Assembly (NCBI GenBank): GCA_026066175.1
Contig: GCA_026066175.1_4721.1
Direction: 5' to 3' (one strand)
Length of the DNA: 64,000 nt
Source: a phage
Positions 37,703 through 46,990 of this stretch are shown one piece after another. The notes beneath the pieces are model-generated. The model had not been told where the DNA came from and ran no database searches. It worked only from the letters and a program-made list of their open reading frames with translations. The translations under genes were made by a program, and so were the position numbers. Numbering within the stretch: the stretch's first letter is position 1; the number at the start of each line of letters is the position of its first letter.

Positions 37703-38071
37703 CTTCGATATGGTTCGCTACGCCATACCCGCACATACGTGCAGCTTACGTCTTTCACGTAAGAAGAGACTATATCTTTCACCCTCAGCTTTACCTGTTA
37801 GGGGCTCCCATTTCGGCGGTCGTTTGACCGGTGGTTTCCCACGCCGCTTGGCCCTAACGCCCGTAAGCGATAGTCGTTGAGCACATCTCCGTTCTGGAGA
37901 CTTCGCTGCGGATTCCCCAATCCTTACTGCTTTTACCGTACCTGAATGATTAGTTCAGCCCCATGCTCTGTTCCCAGGCATGGTTGGTGAGCAAGGCTCT
38001 AAGTAGGTTCCCGCTATTAGAGAGTTCCTCGTGATAGCATTACTGTGTCACTGGGCCTAATGACCCTTTCA
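37703..38071 (-). ncRNA. Group I intron 1 (about 369 nt)
   Basis: Minus-strand core elements AAUAGCGGGAAC (P), GGAAUCCGCAGCG (Q), GCUCAACGACUAUCG (R) and GAAAGAUAUAGUC (S). Proposed P1 pairs exon AUGAUCU with GGGUCAU across a UGAAA loop; intron ends in G. Confidence 0.55.
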
Positions 38072-39305
38072 AGATCATCACGCTTAACCCGATGGTATTA
38101 TCCTGCGGGTCGCGTTTAACCTTGGTGATTTCAAGACATTGGTTACTGCTACGGTCAAGTGATGGATTTCGAACAAAGCCACACACAATCCCATCGAACG
38201 GTGTATCAGCAATAAGCTCGTCATGCAGCTCGCTCATCATCGGATGATAATTGCGGACATGCTCTGCAACGAACGCACGGGCTGCTCTTGGTGAATAACC
38301 ACGATGGAATAACTTGGATTGGATATGTTCTTTATTGGTTAGTGTAAATGGTGCGTACGGAAAATGCAGATGATAATAACGATGGTTTGCTGTTATCGAA
38401 CTGATGACCGTACGTGTGGTGAATGGATGTAATGTACCTAATATGTTCTTACGTGTGATCCCTTTCTTCTTACCAATGAACTCATCGAAAATCGCCGAGT
38501 GATACTGCAACAGCTTCAATTGCACTTTCGCCATCCAGTTTTCTTTCTTTCTGGCGCTTAGTGGCGTGGTTGGATGATAGATGCTATTCAATGTTCCGAT
38601 GGCGTCTATCGCACCTTCCATTTTGCTGTCAGCGTAACGTCCTGTTGGCGTGTTCTCGATCACGAACATCATGGCTGCAGGAAAGCTGATGTACTGACTG
38701 AAGAATTTATCCCGATGAATACGGATGAATTCGCGTAGCGTATCAACCTTCTCCATGTTCTTCGGTCCACGTAGTGTTGGGCCTTTATACAAGATCTCCA
38801 TGATACGATCGAAGTTCTGTATAAAGCTATTTATACCGCGTCGTATTCCGAATACATCGAATTGCTGTTCCAGATAGTTCTTAAGTTCGATCGGTCGTTT
38901 TACGTTCGGACGGTAACTGGCATCAATGAGCCACGTCATCGTTTCAAAGCTTTTGATATTCAACTCGCTTGCCAGCACGAGATGGACCAACGGGTTAATG
39001 AACGCATCGATACCTTCCGGTACGCGCGCCCAGACCGTTGAACGAATCTCTTGTTCTGCTGGATAAGTGACAACCGTTTTACAGTTCGGGCACACCGTCC
39101 CTAATAACTCACCGCGATTATAGAAACCACAACCGCATTGCGGGGTGATATCCAAGGTATCGCTAGAGTAAACACGGGTGATGAAACTGTTTAATTTCTT
39201 CTTCTCTTCCACGACCTTCGTATCATAATCGTTCAACAATATCGGCGTAAAAGGAAGTTCTGCGAGCTGTCTATCGAAACTGACGATATCGAGCATGATG
39301 GCCAT
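38072..39305 (-). CDS. RNA polymerase beta-prime N-terminal subunit, exon 1
   Basis: N-terminal zinc-binding CGCGFYNRGELLGTVCPNC and RNPSLDRSSNQCLE matching beta-prime RQPTLHRLGIQAFE. The track ORF continues to a stop at 38040 through intron sequence (LKGSLGPVTQ). Confidence 0.6.
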
Positions 39306-39347
39306 GGGGTATCTCCTGCAAATGAAAAAGAACGTTAGGACGTATAA

Positions 39348-39371
39348 GGGAGGGAGGTTGCCCTCCCTCCC
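39348..39371. terminator. GC-rich hairpin (gggagggagg / cctccctccc)
   Basis: Immediately downstream of the stop of the 39398..41296 gene. Confidence 0.5.
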
Positions 39372-39397
39372 GTCAGTTTACATCGAACGTTCTTCCA

Positions 39398-41296
39398 TTA
39401 GAACAGGTTGAATGCCCCGCCCATGCCGTTACCGCCCACATTCGGACGATCGTTACGTGCGTAGATGTTACCGCTGATGGTACCCAGACCACGAGCACGT
39501 GCTGCCATGTTACCACGAACAGCGGTACCTGCCAGATGCTGGATGTTCTCAGGACGGATGGTGAAGCCTGCTTCAGCAGCCGCTTCAATCAGTGCCTGCA
39601 GCGCCAGCGGATCGAAATCATAACGCATCGCCCAGCCAGTTTGTTCCCAGCTACCAGACAGAACGCGGTCGATGATTTCGTGACGAGCAACCACACGCTG
39701 AGACATCGACATATCGGTACGGTCGAAGCTGTCTTCCCAAGCTTCTACGGTATCCGGGTTAGTGATGTTCATCATGTACAGATCGTCCATATCACGAATA
39801 TCGTGACGGTTACCGTCCTGGTGGTTGTAGTGACCCAGCGGGATACGGTTACCGGTCGCGTAGACCAGCGGTGAGCCGTACGGATATTTCTTGCTGAAGC
39901 AACCCAGGGTAACATCATCGAACGCACGGAAGAGGGCTTTGTAGCCTTCGGAGTATTCCTGTACGTCCCCTTCAACATTACCCGAGAAGATCTTCTCAGC
40001 CGCCGGGATCATACGCAGCAGCCAGCTGTACTCACCTTCTTCTGGTACGTCGATAGAGATCAGCAGAGACGGATACAGAACCTGTTGCAGGAACTTGTAA
40101 ATCTGCTCGTTGGTTTGCGTAGACAGATCCAGCGGTGCAGTCACTTCAGGATCCAGCACCATCGCCAGAGCACCTGGGTTATGCGGACCAATACCACGAG
40201 CTGCGTTGCTGATTAAAGACTGCGCCCACGCCATGCCGCTGTTCAGCGTAGCGATGGTACCAATCAGACCCAGCACGAAGCTGTTCGGCGTGAACGCATC
40301 CAGTTCCAGCGGATACATGCTGGTCATTACGTAGCGCGGTTGGTACTGTACAGTTGGCGGTACCGGATAACCGTTAACCAGAACAGGACCTTGCTGGAAG
40401 GTCGGGTTCTGCGGGCTGTAGGTCAGATCGATATAACCGGTGGATGCAACCAGACGCTGCTGGCTATCGTAATCGCCCATCGCTTGACGGATGCGGTTAG
40501 AGATAGTTACAGTAATGTCGGAGCGTACCGGGTTACCCGCGATATCGCTATCCTGCATGCCGCTGGTGTTATACTGAACGCTACTGATCGGCTGATCGCT
40601 TGCCATCATACCCAGGTTGAACTGAGGCAGGCCCAGTCTGTCAGCAAAACGCATTTCGGTTGCCGTCTGGATCGCGTTATCCGCTGCGGAAAGCAGGGTG
40701 GTTGCCAGATGCGCAGATTCAGCAGTGATTTCATTGGTCACAACAGCCAGACCAGCGATACGTACCGTACCGTTAGCTTTACCACCGATAGCCGCATACA
40801 TCGCTGCCATGACTTCGTTGATGAACGTGCCGTTCAGGTTATCCACCCAAGTACATGGTACCAGGATGTTACCGTGAGGACCACGTTCTTCACGACGTGG
40901 CAGCGGAGCCAGGCCAGCAACCAGCGGAAGGACGTAACCGAAGAAGTGGTTATGATCACCCACTTTTACACCGCTCATCACAACCAGAGTCGGATACGGT
41001 ACGCTGTACTGATTCGGGTCAACCGCAACAAAGATGAAGTCGTCTTTGAACTGGGTATCTTCCAGATATTTCTCCATCAGACGACGGAGATTCAGTACCT
41101 GCTCGGAGCCGGTATTACGGCTGATACGACGGCTCAGTGTACGGTTAATCGTACGCATCGTATGAGTTACTTTAGGACGGTCAGCAAAATCTGCAGCGGT
41201 TTCGACCGCCTCGTTAGCATGCTGCGCCGTGCGGGTTTCAGCCACGCGGATGTCTACGTTATCGTTACCGTTATTGTTACGTACGTCTAAGCCCAT
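39398..41296 (-). CDS. Candidate chimallin-like phage nucleus shell protein (632 aa); major capsid protein not excluded
   Basis: Size of about 70 kDa, high-expression-like codon choice, its own promoter motif and terminator, and proximity to a PhuZ-like tubulin and phage RNA polymerase genes. Confidence 0.45.
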   Translation of the reverse strand: MGLDVRNNNGNDNVDIRVAETRTAQHANEAVETAADFADRPKVTHTMRTINRTLSRRISRNTGSEQVLNLRRLMEKYLEDTQFKDDFIFVAVDPNQYSVPYPTLVVMSGVKVGDHNHFFGYVLPLVAGLAPLPRREERGPHGNILVPCTWVDNLNGTFINEVMAAMYAAIGGKANGTVRIAGLAVVTNEITAESAHLATTLLSAADNAIQTATEMRFADRLGLPQFNLGMMASDQPISSVQYNTSGMQDSDIAGNPVRSDITVTISNRIRQAMGDYDSQQRLVASTGYIDLTYSPQNPTFQQGPVLVNGYPVPPTVQYQPRYVMTSMYPLELDAFTPNSFVLGLIGTIATLNSGMAWAQSLISNAARGIGPHNPGALAMVLDPEVTAPLDLSTQTNEQIYKFLQQVLYPSLLISIDVPEEGEYSWLLRMIPAAEKIFSGNVEGDVQEYSEGYKALFRAFDDVTLGCFSKKYPYGSPLVYATGNRIPLGHYNHQDGNRHDIRDMDDLYMMNITNPDTVEAWEDSFDRTDMSMSQRVVARHEIIDRVLSGSWEQTGWAMRYDFDPLALQALIEAAAEAGFTIRPENIQHLAGTAVRGNMAARARGLGTISGNIYARNDRPNVGGNGMGGAFNLF

Positions 41297-41356
41297 TTGG
41301 GAATCCTCTTTTTCTTAACTTTTAAATGACGTCATTGAATCAGCTTTTTCTCGCTC

Positions 41357-41395
41357 ATTCACCTAGGTAATATAACCCTGAAATTTTTTTCAATA
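41357..41395 (-). promoter_or_regulatory. Candidate phage early promoter, copy C (upstream of the chimallin-like gene)
   Basis: Plus-strand cacctaggtaatataaccctgaaattttttt matches copies A, B and D. Confidence 0.4.
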
Positions 41396-41534
41396 TTGGT
41401 GCAACCTTATTGAACGATATAAACCCCCAGGTGAATGCTGCCGAGAAGCAACATTCTATCTACATATAATCAGGATATGTCTGTAAACTTTTACTTCTCG
41501 TCATATCCGTTTACTATCTTCTTACGGAGTTCGT

Positions 41535-42629
41535 ATGTTTCGTGTTTTAAATAACCTCCCGCGAACATCATCGGGTGTGCAACCCATCCCTCAGAAAGAC
41601 TACCTAATACGCGAAGTTCAAAGAAACCTACAGACAATCCAGAACCACTATCAAGGTTTTACCTTCGCGGTTCAGAGCGATCACATCCTTGCATTGCTGC
41701 TCGCACAGCTCCCTATGAGATACGACATCTCAGTACAAACTTACTACGACATGATCGCTGACCTTACACCAGAATTGGGGAATCGCGTTAAGCTAACAAC
41801 AGCGCGATACGCGGGTAAGTTATTTAACGGTGCGTTCTATCCAGGATTGCATGAAGCGATCATCGCAACCAGCGAAAGCCGTCTTATATCGCGTGACGTT
41901 CTCGATAACTGGCGTAACTGGTCTCCGGTCAGAATCGTGACACACCCCTACGCGAATCTTCGTTATATCCCTCTGCATCAAAAGCCGGTTGAAGAAGGAC
42001 GGGGTTTTGCAGTTATCATGATCGATGTTCCTTTATTAGCATTGCAGTATCGCATGTGGTCATTGGTCATGGGTCACAACGTCGATGGTAAATGGGTGGT
42101 TAAAGAACCCGTTACAAGTTTCATTGCCAGTTTTCCTTTGGTCAATGCGTTATATACACACAACGACGTGGCTATCCGCAATCGTTGCTTATGGGTACCT
42201 CCGGCTAAGAATCCGCTCAAGTCACCGATTTACGTCAACGATCTGGATAACGTTTTCAGTCAAGTGGTGCTGACCGTCCAACATCAGCTATTACGAAGAA
42301 AACGTAGTTACACCGACATGTTGAAACAGATACCGAGTTTATACGAGGATCAATTTCAAGCAACACGCATGGGTTACACGATCGATCTTCGACAAACACG
42401 GTGGGCAAGGGATCTCGGATGTTTGTCTTTATGGCAACAGCTTGTTACCTTGCAAAACGTTTCAGAAAGCGTCGGCTTCAGTAGTCAAACCGATAACGAC
42501 TTATATCGTGCAGCCGATCGAAGTCTAAAAGAAGGGAACTGGGAATCGTCTCCTTTACCCGGTGATCTACGACGTGAGGTTACCGCACAGGTTGCTGATC
42601 TTTTAAAAATTCTTCCCGCTGGTGTATAA
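41535..42629 (+). CDS. Hypothetical protein (364 aa)
   Basis: ATG preceded by GGAG; diverges from the chimallin-like gene; followed by a hairpin. Confidence 0.45.
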   Translation: MFRVLNNLPRTSSGVQPIPQKDYLIREVQRNLQTIQNHYQGFTFAVQSDHILALLLAQLPMRYDISVQTYYDMIADLTPELGNRVKLTTARYAGKLFNGAFYPGLHEAIIATSESRLISRDVLDNWRNWSPVRIVTHPYANLRYIPLHQKPVEEGRGFAVIMIDVPLLALQYRMWSLVMGHNVDGKWVVKEPVTSFIASFPLVNALYTHNDVAIRNRCLWVPPAKNPLKSPIYVNDLDNVFSQVVLTVQHQLLRRKRSYTDMLKQIPSLYEDQFQATRMGYTIDLRQTRWARDLGCLSLWQQLVTLQNVSESVGFSSQTDNDLYRAADRSLKEGNWESSPLPGDLRREVTAQVADLLKILPAGV

Positions 42630-42631
42630 TC

Positions 42632-42663
42632 CCCTCCTCCTTCCCTGATGGGTTGGAGGAGGG
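42632..42663. terminator. GC-rich hairpin (ccctcctcc / ggaggaggg)
   Basis: Lies between convergent genes. Confidence 0.45.
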
Positions 42664-42668
42664 TTATG

Positions 42669-44822
42669 TTACTCTGCGGTTTCTTTTTTCGGTTGGTAGC
42701 TTGCAGCGATATCTTGGGCTAACAGTGTGTTGTTTTTATTCGAAATGAAAATACCGTAACTTTCCATTAATGCGTAATACGAGCGAACGAGTGTAGAAAT
42801 CAATCGACGAATATCCATACCTTGGATGAAAATATCGGGAAGCCCAGAGGCTTCGATCACCGGTAATGGTATCGTTAAATTGCTTATCGTTTTCTTATCG
42901 TTACGTACAATCCAATCACGGAAACGTTGTTGTAACCCTTTATCCTCCCAGGAATCAATCCAATCATTAAGAAGCGTTTTGTTCTTCGTTGCCAATGGTA
43001 CACGAACCCCAACATAAGGCGGTTCAGGGCAATGGCCGTACGATTGCGCAAACACCTCTTCCCACATGTCGTACGACTGCTTGGTAACCGCAACATGGGG
43101 TTTTACTTTAACGCGTGTTAAGAAATCAGGATCGCCGCGTTTCATCGATTCCACGATTTCGTTTTCTAACGCGATGATATCATCAAGTACCAATCTGATA
43201 CTGATCTTCTCGTTACGTAACAGTTTATCCATGATACCGCACATCATGCGCTCAACACGTTGTACGATCATTTTTGGTGCTGATGCGTCACGCATAACGG
43301 GACCTTTCAATTCCAGTTTCGGCGGATTGATTGGAACCCCTTCACGCATGGTCATGTAACCGTAATAGTTTTTACCCATTGAAGTCAACGACAGAATCAA
43401 GAACATATACTCGTTCTTCATTTCCATCACGTACATATGCTCTTTCGCGACGCCGATATTACCCGAACACATTGCCATCAGATGAACCGTAATCTGCGTA
43501 ACCAGGTAGATAAGCGTATTCGCTAAGCGCGTTGAAATCGGATTGATCTCCATGTTGCCAAACCGCCACTGAACCCACTCCTGACAGGTAAATACCGTTG
43601 AGTCGGTATCAGACAACACACCCACTTCACGGATGGCTGACGGAAACGCATAAACACCAGCGGGTTGGTTCTCGGTACGCCAGAACGCCATAATCAGGTC
43701 AGCGTAACTCTGGATACGCTGCAACATTAACTTTGTCGTGGCTGCGGTGAGACGATAACCCAGTTCGTTGCCTTTTTCTAACGCAACGTAAATCGCTTCA
43801 CCATTTAAGAACTCGGTACACTGTGCTGTAATCCAGGCAACCGTGTTATTATCCATGGATGCAATAATGGCTTTCGCCTCTTCCATCGTTTCAACAGGTT
43901 CGGTGGCCAATTCACATAACGAATCAAGGAACCCACGAACAAACTCAGGGTTCAGTTCGCGTAACGAATACAAGTTGTTGCTATACATGTAACAAGCACG
44001 TTCCAACGGCGTTAAGCCGTTAATCAACTCCTGAATGACCAGTTCTTTTTCCGGGTCGAAAATATAGCGATGCAGGCATTTTGATACATTAGCCCAAACC
44101 TCTTCCGGTGTCGGGTAATGTAGCTGGTATTTTACCATCACCTGCTCAATGGCTTTACGGTCGCTGTTACGGACAATGCTTACGATATTTTCAATCGCGA
44201 TATCACAATCGTAATAATGAAAATTACCTGCCAGGAACCGTTCGTTATTCGCATTCGCTGAACCGGAAGCGCATCGGCATGTCGTGGTTAAACTCGGGTG
44301 TGCGATCGGGTTATAAAAAGGATTGAATTTAGATGCCTGTGTTCCCGACAAACTGTTGTTGTCTAACTTGGTATTGGTCTGTCGTTTATCATGCAGTTCC
44401 GCTTCGTCTTTACGTCCATGCGCTTGTGCAATAGACATCTGTTTCTTTTGTTTCTTACGCAGCTTACCGTTTTCAACCGCAAAGTCGCTTAACACGCTGG
44501 AACGTGTTTCACGTGGATAACAGTTCGCCCATACCGGGGTAATGATTAAATTATTTTCTTTGATATCGTTGATATACTGACTGAACTTAATAAGTTCTTT
44601 TTCGCGGTTCCCTTCTGTACGTTGTGTTAAAACAAGACAGTCGGGATCGACCATCCCATGTGCACCACCTGGCTTGATGGTATCAAGTACGAACCGTAAT
44701 GCTTCTTGTTGAGAAATACCACGCATGCGCATTAAGAACAGGGTATAATCCTGCACCGCTTCTTTGGTCATATCCAACGTACGACCGTATCCGTTTTCGT
44801 CGTAAAAGAACGGATTTTCCAT
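42669..44822 (-). CDS. Large hypothetical protein (717 aa)
   Basis: Long ORF; an isolated LSDTDS is reminiscent of polymerase motif C but not sufficient for a call. Confidence 0.4.
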   Translation of the reverse strand: MENPFFYDENGYGRTLDMTKEAVQDYTLFLMRMRGISQQEALRFVLDTIKPGGAHGMVDPDCLVLTQRTEGNREKELIKFSQYINDIKENNLIITPVWANCYPRETRSSVLSDFAVENGKLRKKQKKQMSIAQAHGRKDEAELHDKRQTNTKLDNNSLSGTQASKFNPFYNPIAHPSLTTTCRCASGSANANNERFLAGNFHYYDCDIAIENIVSIVRNSDRKAIEQVMVKYQLHYPTPEEVWANVSKCLHRYIFDPEKELVIQELINGLTPLERACYMYSNNLYSLRELNPEFVRGFLDSLCELATEPVETMEEAKAIIASMDNNTVAWITAQCTEFLNGEAIYVALEKGNELGYRLTAATTKLMLQRIQSYADLIMAFWRTENQPAGVYAFPSAIREVGVLSDTDSTVFTCQEWVQWRFGNMEINPISTRLANTLIYLVTQITVHLMAMCSGNIGVAKEHMYVMEMKNEYMFLILSLTSMGKNYYGYMTMREGVPINPPKLELKGPVMRDASAPKMIVQRVERMMCGIMDKLLRNEKISIRLVLDDIIALENEIVESMKRGDPDFLTRVKVKPHVAVTKQSYDMWEEVFAQSYGHCPEPPYVGVRVPLATKNKTLLNDWIDSWEDKGLQQRFRDWIVRNDKKTISNLTIPLPVIEASGLPDIFIQGMDIRRLISTLVRSYYALMESYGIFISNKNNTLLAQDIAASYQPKKETAE

Positions 44823-45131
44823 AAACCCTCCAAAAGTCGTGTAGCCTATCTACATCATCTCGTATATCTGTTAAAAAAGAAAGACGGCATAAAAAAGAAC
44901 CGATCCAGCCGAAGCCAGATCGGTTGAAAGGATATTAATAACAGGGAAATGAAAGTGTGACTGAAAGATATCGATGATGTTCGTGAAATAAGATCTCTCG
45001 TATACAGTGATGCCAGATCAGAGGGAGGTTGTAAACGAGAGACGGTTCACTAAAGGAGTAACAAACGCGAACCTATCTTATTTCACCGATGGCGCTAACC
45101 ACTCAAAATATATAGTGCTGTATGTAAAAGT

Positions 45132-45545
45132 TTACTGATTAATCAAGTCGTTAGCAACGATCTTGGTGTAGCCTGCTTGATTAAGAATCTGATTAATTTT
45201 TGTTACATCTGTCGCATCATCAATAACGATGCTGGGTTTATAAATCAACGTCTTGGTAACAACGATCGTACTCTCCTTAATCCAGGGAATCCCTAGGATC
45301 ACATACTCGCCATCAGCGGTGATGACCTCAACGTAGTTATATTTCGTTGGATCATTCGGAACGCTAGACGGAAGCCGGGAATAGATCTGCTGATGGATAG
45401 CGTCAACATCACGGCCGTTACGTACAGCGGTACGGTAGTTGTATACCGCACTAATTTCCACTCCGTTGAAGTTAACCCCAAGTTCTGAGGCGTACACATC
45501 AAAACTCACAACAGAGCCAATCTTTTCTAAATCAGAAGCTGGCAT
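45132..45545 (-). CDS. Hypothetical protein (137 aa)
   Basis: ORF on the gene strand. Confidence 0.4.
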   Translation of the reverse strand: MPASDLEKIGSVVSFDVYASELGVNFNGVEISAVYNYRTAVRNGRDVDAIHQQIYSRLPSSVPNDPTKYNYVEVITADGEYVILGIPWIKESTIVVTKTLIYKPSIVIDDATDVTKINQILNQAGYTKIVANDLINQ

Positions 45546-45556
45546 AATAGCATCCT

Positions 45557-45955
45557 TTATTCAAAAATGTATTCGTATCCGAACGTTGTCGCTGACCAAA
45601 CTCGGATAGATGATAATGTTCCGCCACGATAAAACGTTTTTGTAAATTCCATATCCTGGACAACACGATAATAAACACGTGCGATGATACGTACAACGAG
45701 ATTTCGTGATAACGATCTCTCTTCGCAGTATTCGTCGATAAAGTCATCGTCGATATCCGATAAGACAACATCTGCGATTTCTTGCAGGAGATTCCTCATC
45801 AGCATCTGCTTTCCTTCGATACCCCATCCCGACAAACAGTAATCGTCTTCTGCCTGACTGTAGATGTCATAGACCGCCTGTTCAAGCAGTTGCTCAAGAT
45901 AGTGATCATCGCGTTTTATAACATGGCGACGGCGCTCAGAGGCGTATTTTTCCAT
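45557..45955 (-). CDS. Hypothetical protein (132 aa)
   Basis: ORF on the gene strand. Confidence 0.35.
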   Translation of the reverse strand: MEKYASERRRHVIKRDDHYLEQLLEQAVYDIYSQAEDDYCLSGWGIEGKQMLMRNLLQEIADVVLSDIDDDFIDEYCEERSLSRNLVVRIIARVYYRVVQDMEFTKTFYRGGTLSSIRVWSATTFGYEYIFE

Positions 45956-46398
45956 CCTGTGTTTCTCTTGTTAGGCGTATGTATTAACGACGCCACCGTC
46001 TTTTCTGGATCATCCCATAATGCGCGACGAAAACTGGACACCACCATAACGGTAGGATAGATCTGTACAACCTCCCAACCGTAACGATGTGCATTCGTCG
46101 TGCGCCCAACATTGAACAAACACAATTGATTCAAGAAACAGAGCTGCATCTTCGTAAACAATAGCGTGTCTTCACGTTTCACGTAACCGAGGATATAGGC
46201 GTTCTCGAACGCTTCACGTGCTAAGACAGGACGGTTAAGATAACGTAGCGACAACACCAACAACGCGGTGATACGCAACGGATCTTCGGGTCCTTTTAAA
46301 TCATTCAGCTCATTCTGCAACCAATCCGGAATCGCCACCGTTAGGCGATAGGTGTCTGTTCCACGATCAACCACATTTAATGTTGAAAAAGGCAACAT
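45916..46398 (-). CDS. Hypothetical protein
   Basis: ORF on the gene strand; start uncertain. Confidence 0.35.
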   Translation of the reverse strand: MLPFSTLNVVDRGTDTYRLTVAIPDWLQNELNDLKGPEDPLRITALLVLSLRYLNRPVLAREAFENAYILGYVKREDTLLFTKMQLCFLNQLCLFNVGRTTNAHRYGWEVVQIYPTVMVVSSFRRALWDDPEKTVASLIHTPNKRNTGWKNTPLSAVAML

Positions 46399-46990
46399 AC
46401 CCGTGAATTCCTTCTAACTCGAGGTCGTTCTCGTCGGTTTTCGGTAAAAGTCCGTTAGCTGTCAGCATCCTTGTCATCGCGCCATCGAAGCACGGGAAGA
46501 TAAGGTTAATAGTTTCATTAATCGCATCAACGTAGCTATACACCGCTTCGAAGTAATCGCCGTCATGATCGATACTCACCAGATCCTGGCATAGGTCTTC
46601 AGCAATCGTTTCATATACCGGCGGATACCACGAATGAAACGGTCGCTGCATACGTAACGACCAATACTCATACGTCGTATACTGAAGCACGTCATAGGCT
46701 GATACGTTAATGCGGTCAAAGAAAGCATACGTGTCCATGTGTTGGTACAACATCGCCAACACGGTTTCCAAACACACAGCTATCCGCACGCCATCATCTT
46801 TCCCGTTAAGGAAATTCGGTTTCTGCCGGTAACGCACGAATGCCGATGGCCTTGATTGTACTATTCCACCACCAACCATAATGTCATACTCGTATCTAAC
46901 GTGAAATTGAAATGCCACCAATCTTCCACGCGTGGAATCCAGGTGCGGAGGATCTGATGAACCTCGCTTCGCATCACGGACAACCGACAA
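46367..46990 (-). CDS. Hypothetical protein
   Basis: Overlaps neighbours in other frames; start uncertain. Confidence 0.35.
   Translation of the reverse strand: MSVVRDAKRGSSDPPHLDSTRGRLVAFQFHVRYEYDIMVGGGIVQSRPSAFVRYRQKPNFLNGKDDGVRIAVCLETVLAMLYQHMDTYAFFDRINVSAYDVLQYTTYEYWSLRMQRPFHSWYPPVYETIAEDLCQDLVSIDHDGDYFEAVYSYVDAINETINLIFPCFDGAMTRMLTANGLLPKTDENDLELEGIHGYVAFFNIKCG

Noticed and set aside
38040-38071. C-terminal tail LKGSLGPVTQ of the 421-aa track ORF
   Set aside because: Interpreted as read-through into intron 1; the conserved alignment and frame restoration favour a 5' splice site after U at 38072.
39373-39978. Small ORFs overlapping the 3' end of the chimallin-like gene (39373..39588 -, 39536..39874 +, 39772..39978 -)
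   Set aside because: Alternative frames or antisense of a strongly supported long ORF.
40340-41290. 316-aa plus-strand ORF
   Set aside because: It is antisense to the chimallin-like gene, has an Arg/Cys-rich low-complexity composition, and has no upstream signals; a shadow ORF of a GC-biased gene.
39398-41296. Alternative call of this ORF as the major capsid protein
   Set aside because: Not excluded, but the size of about 70 kDa, early-promoter motif and proximity to PhuZ fit chimallin better; it is kept as a candidate only.
42669-44822. Possible family B DNA polymerase call from an LSDTDS segment
   Set aside because: The motif is isolated and mis-positioned relative to a YPS-like segment; evidence is insufficient.
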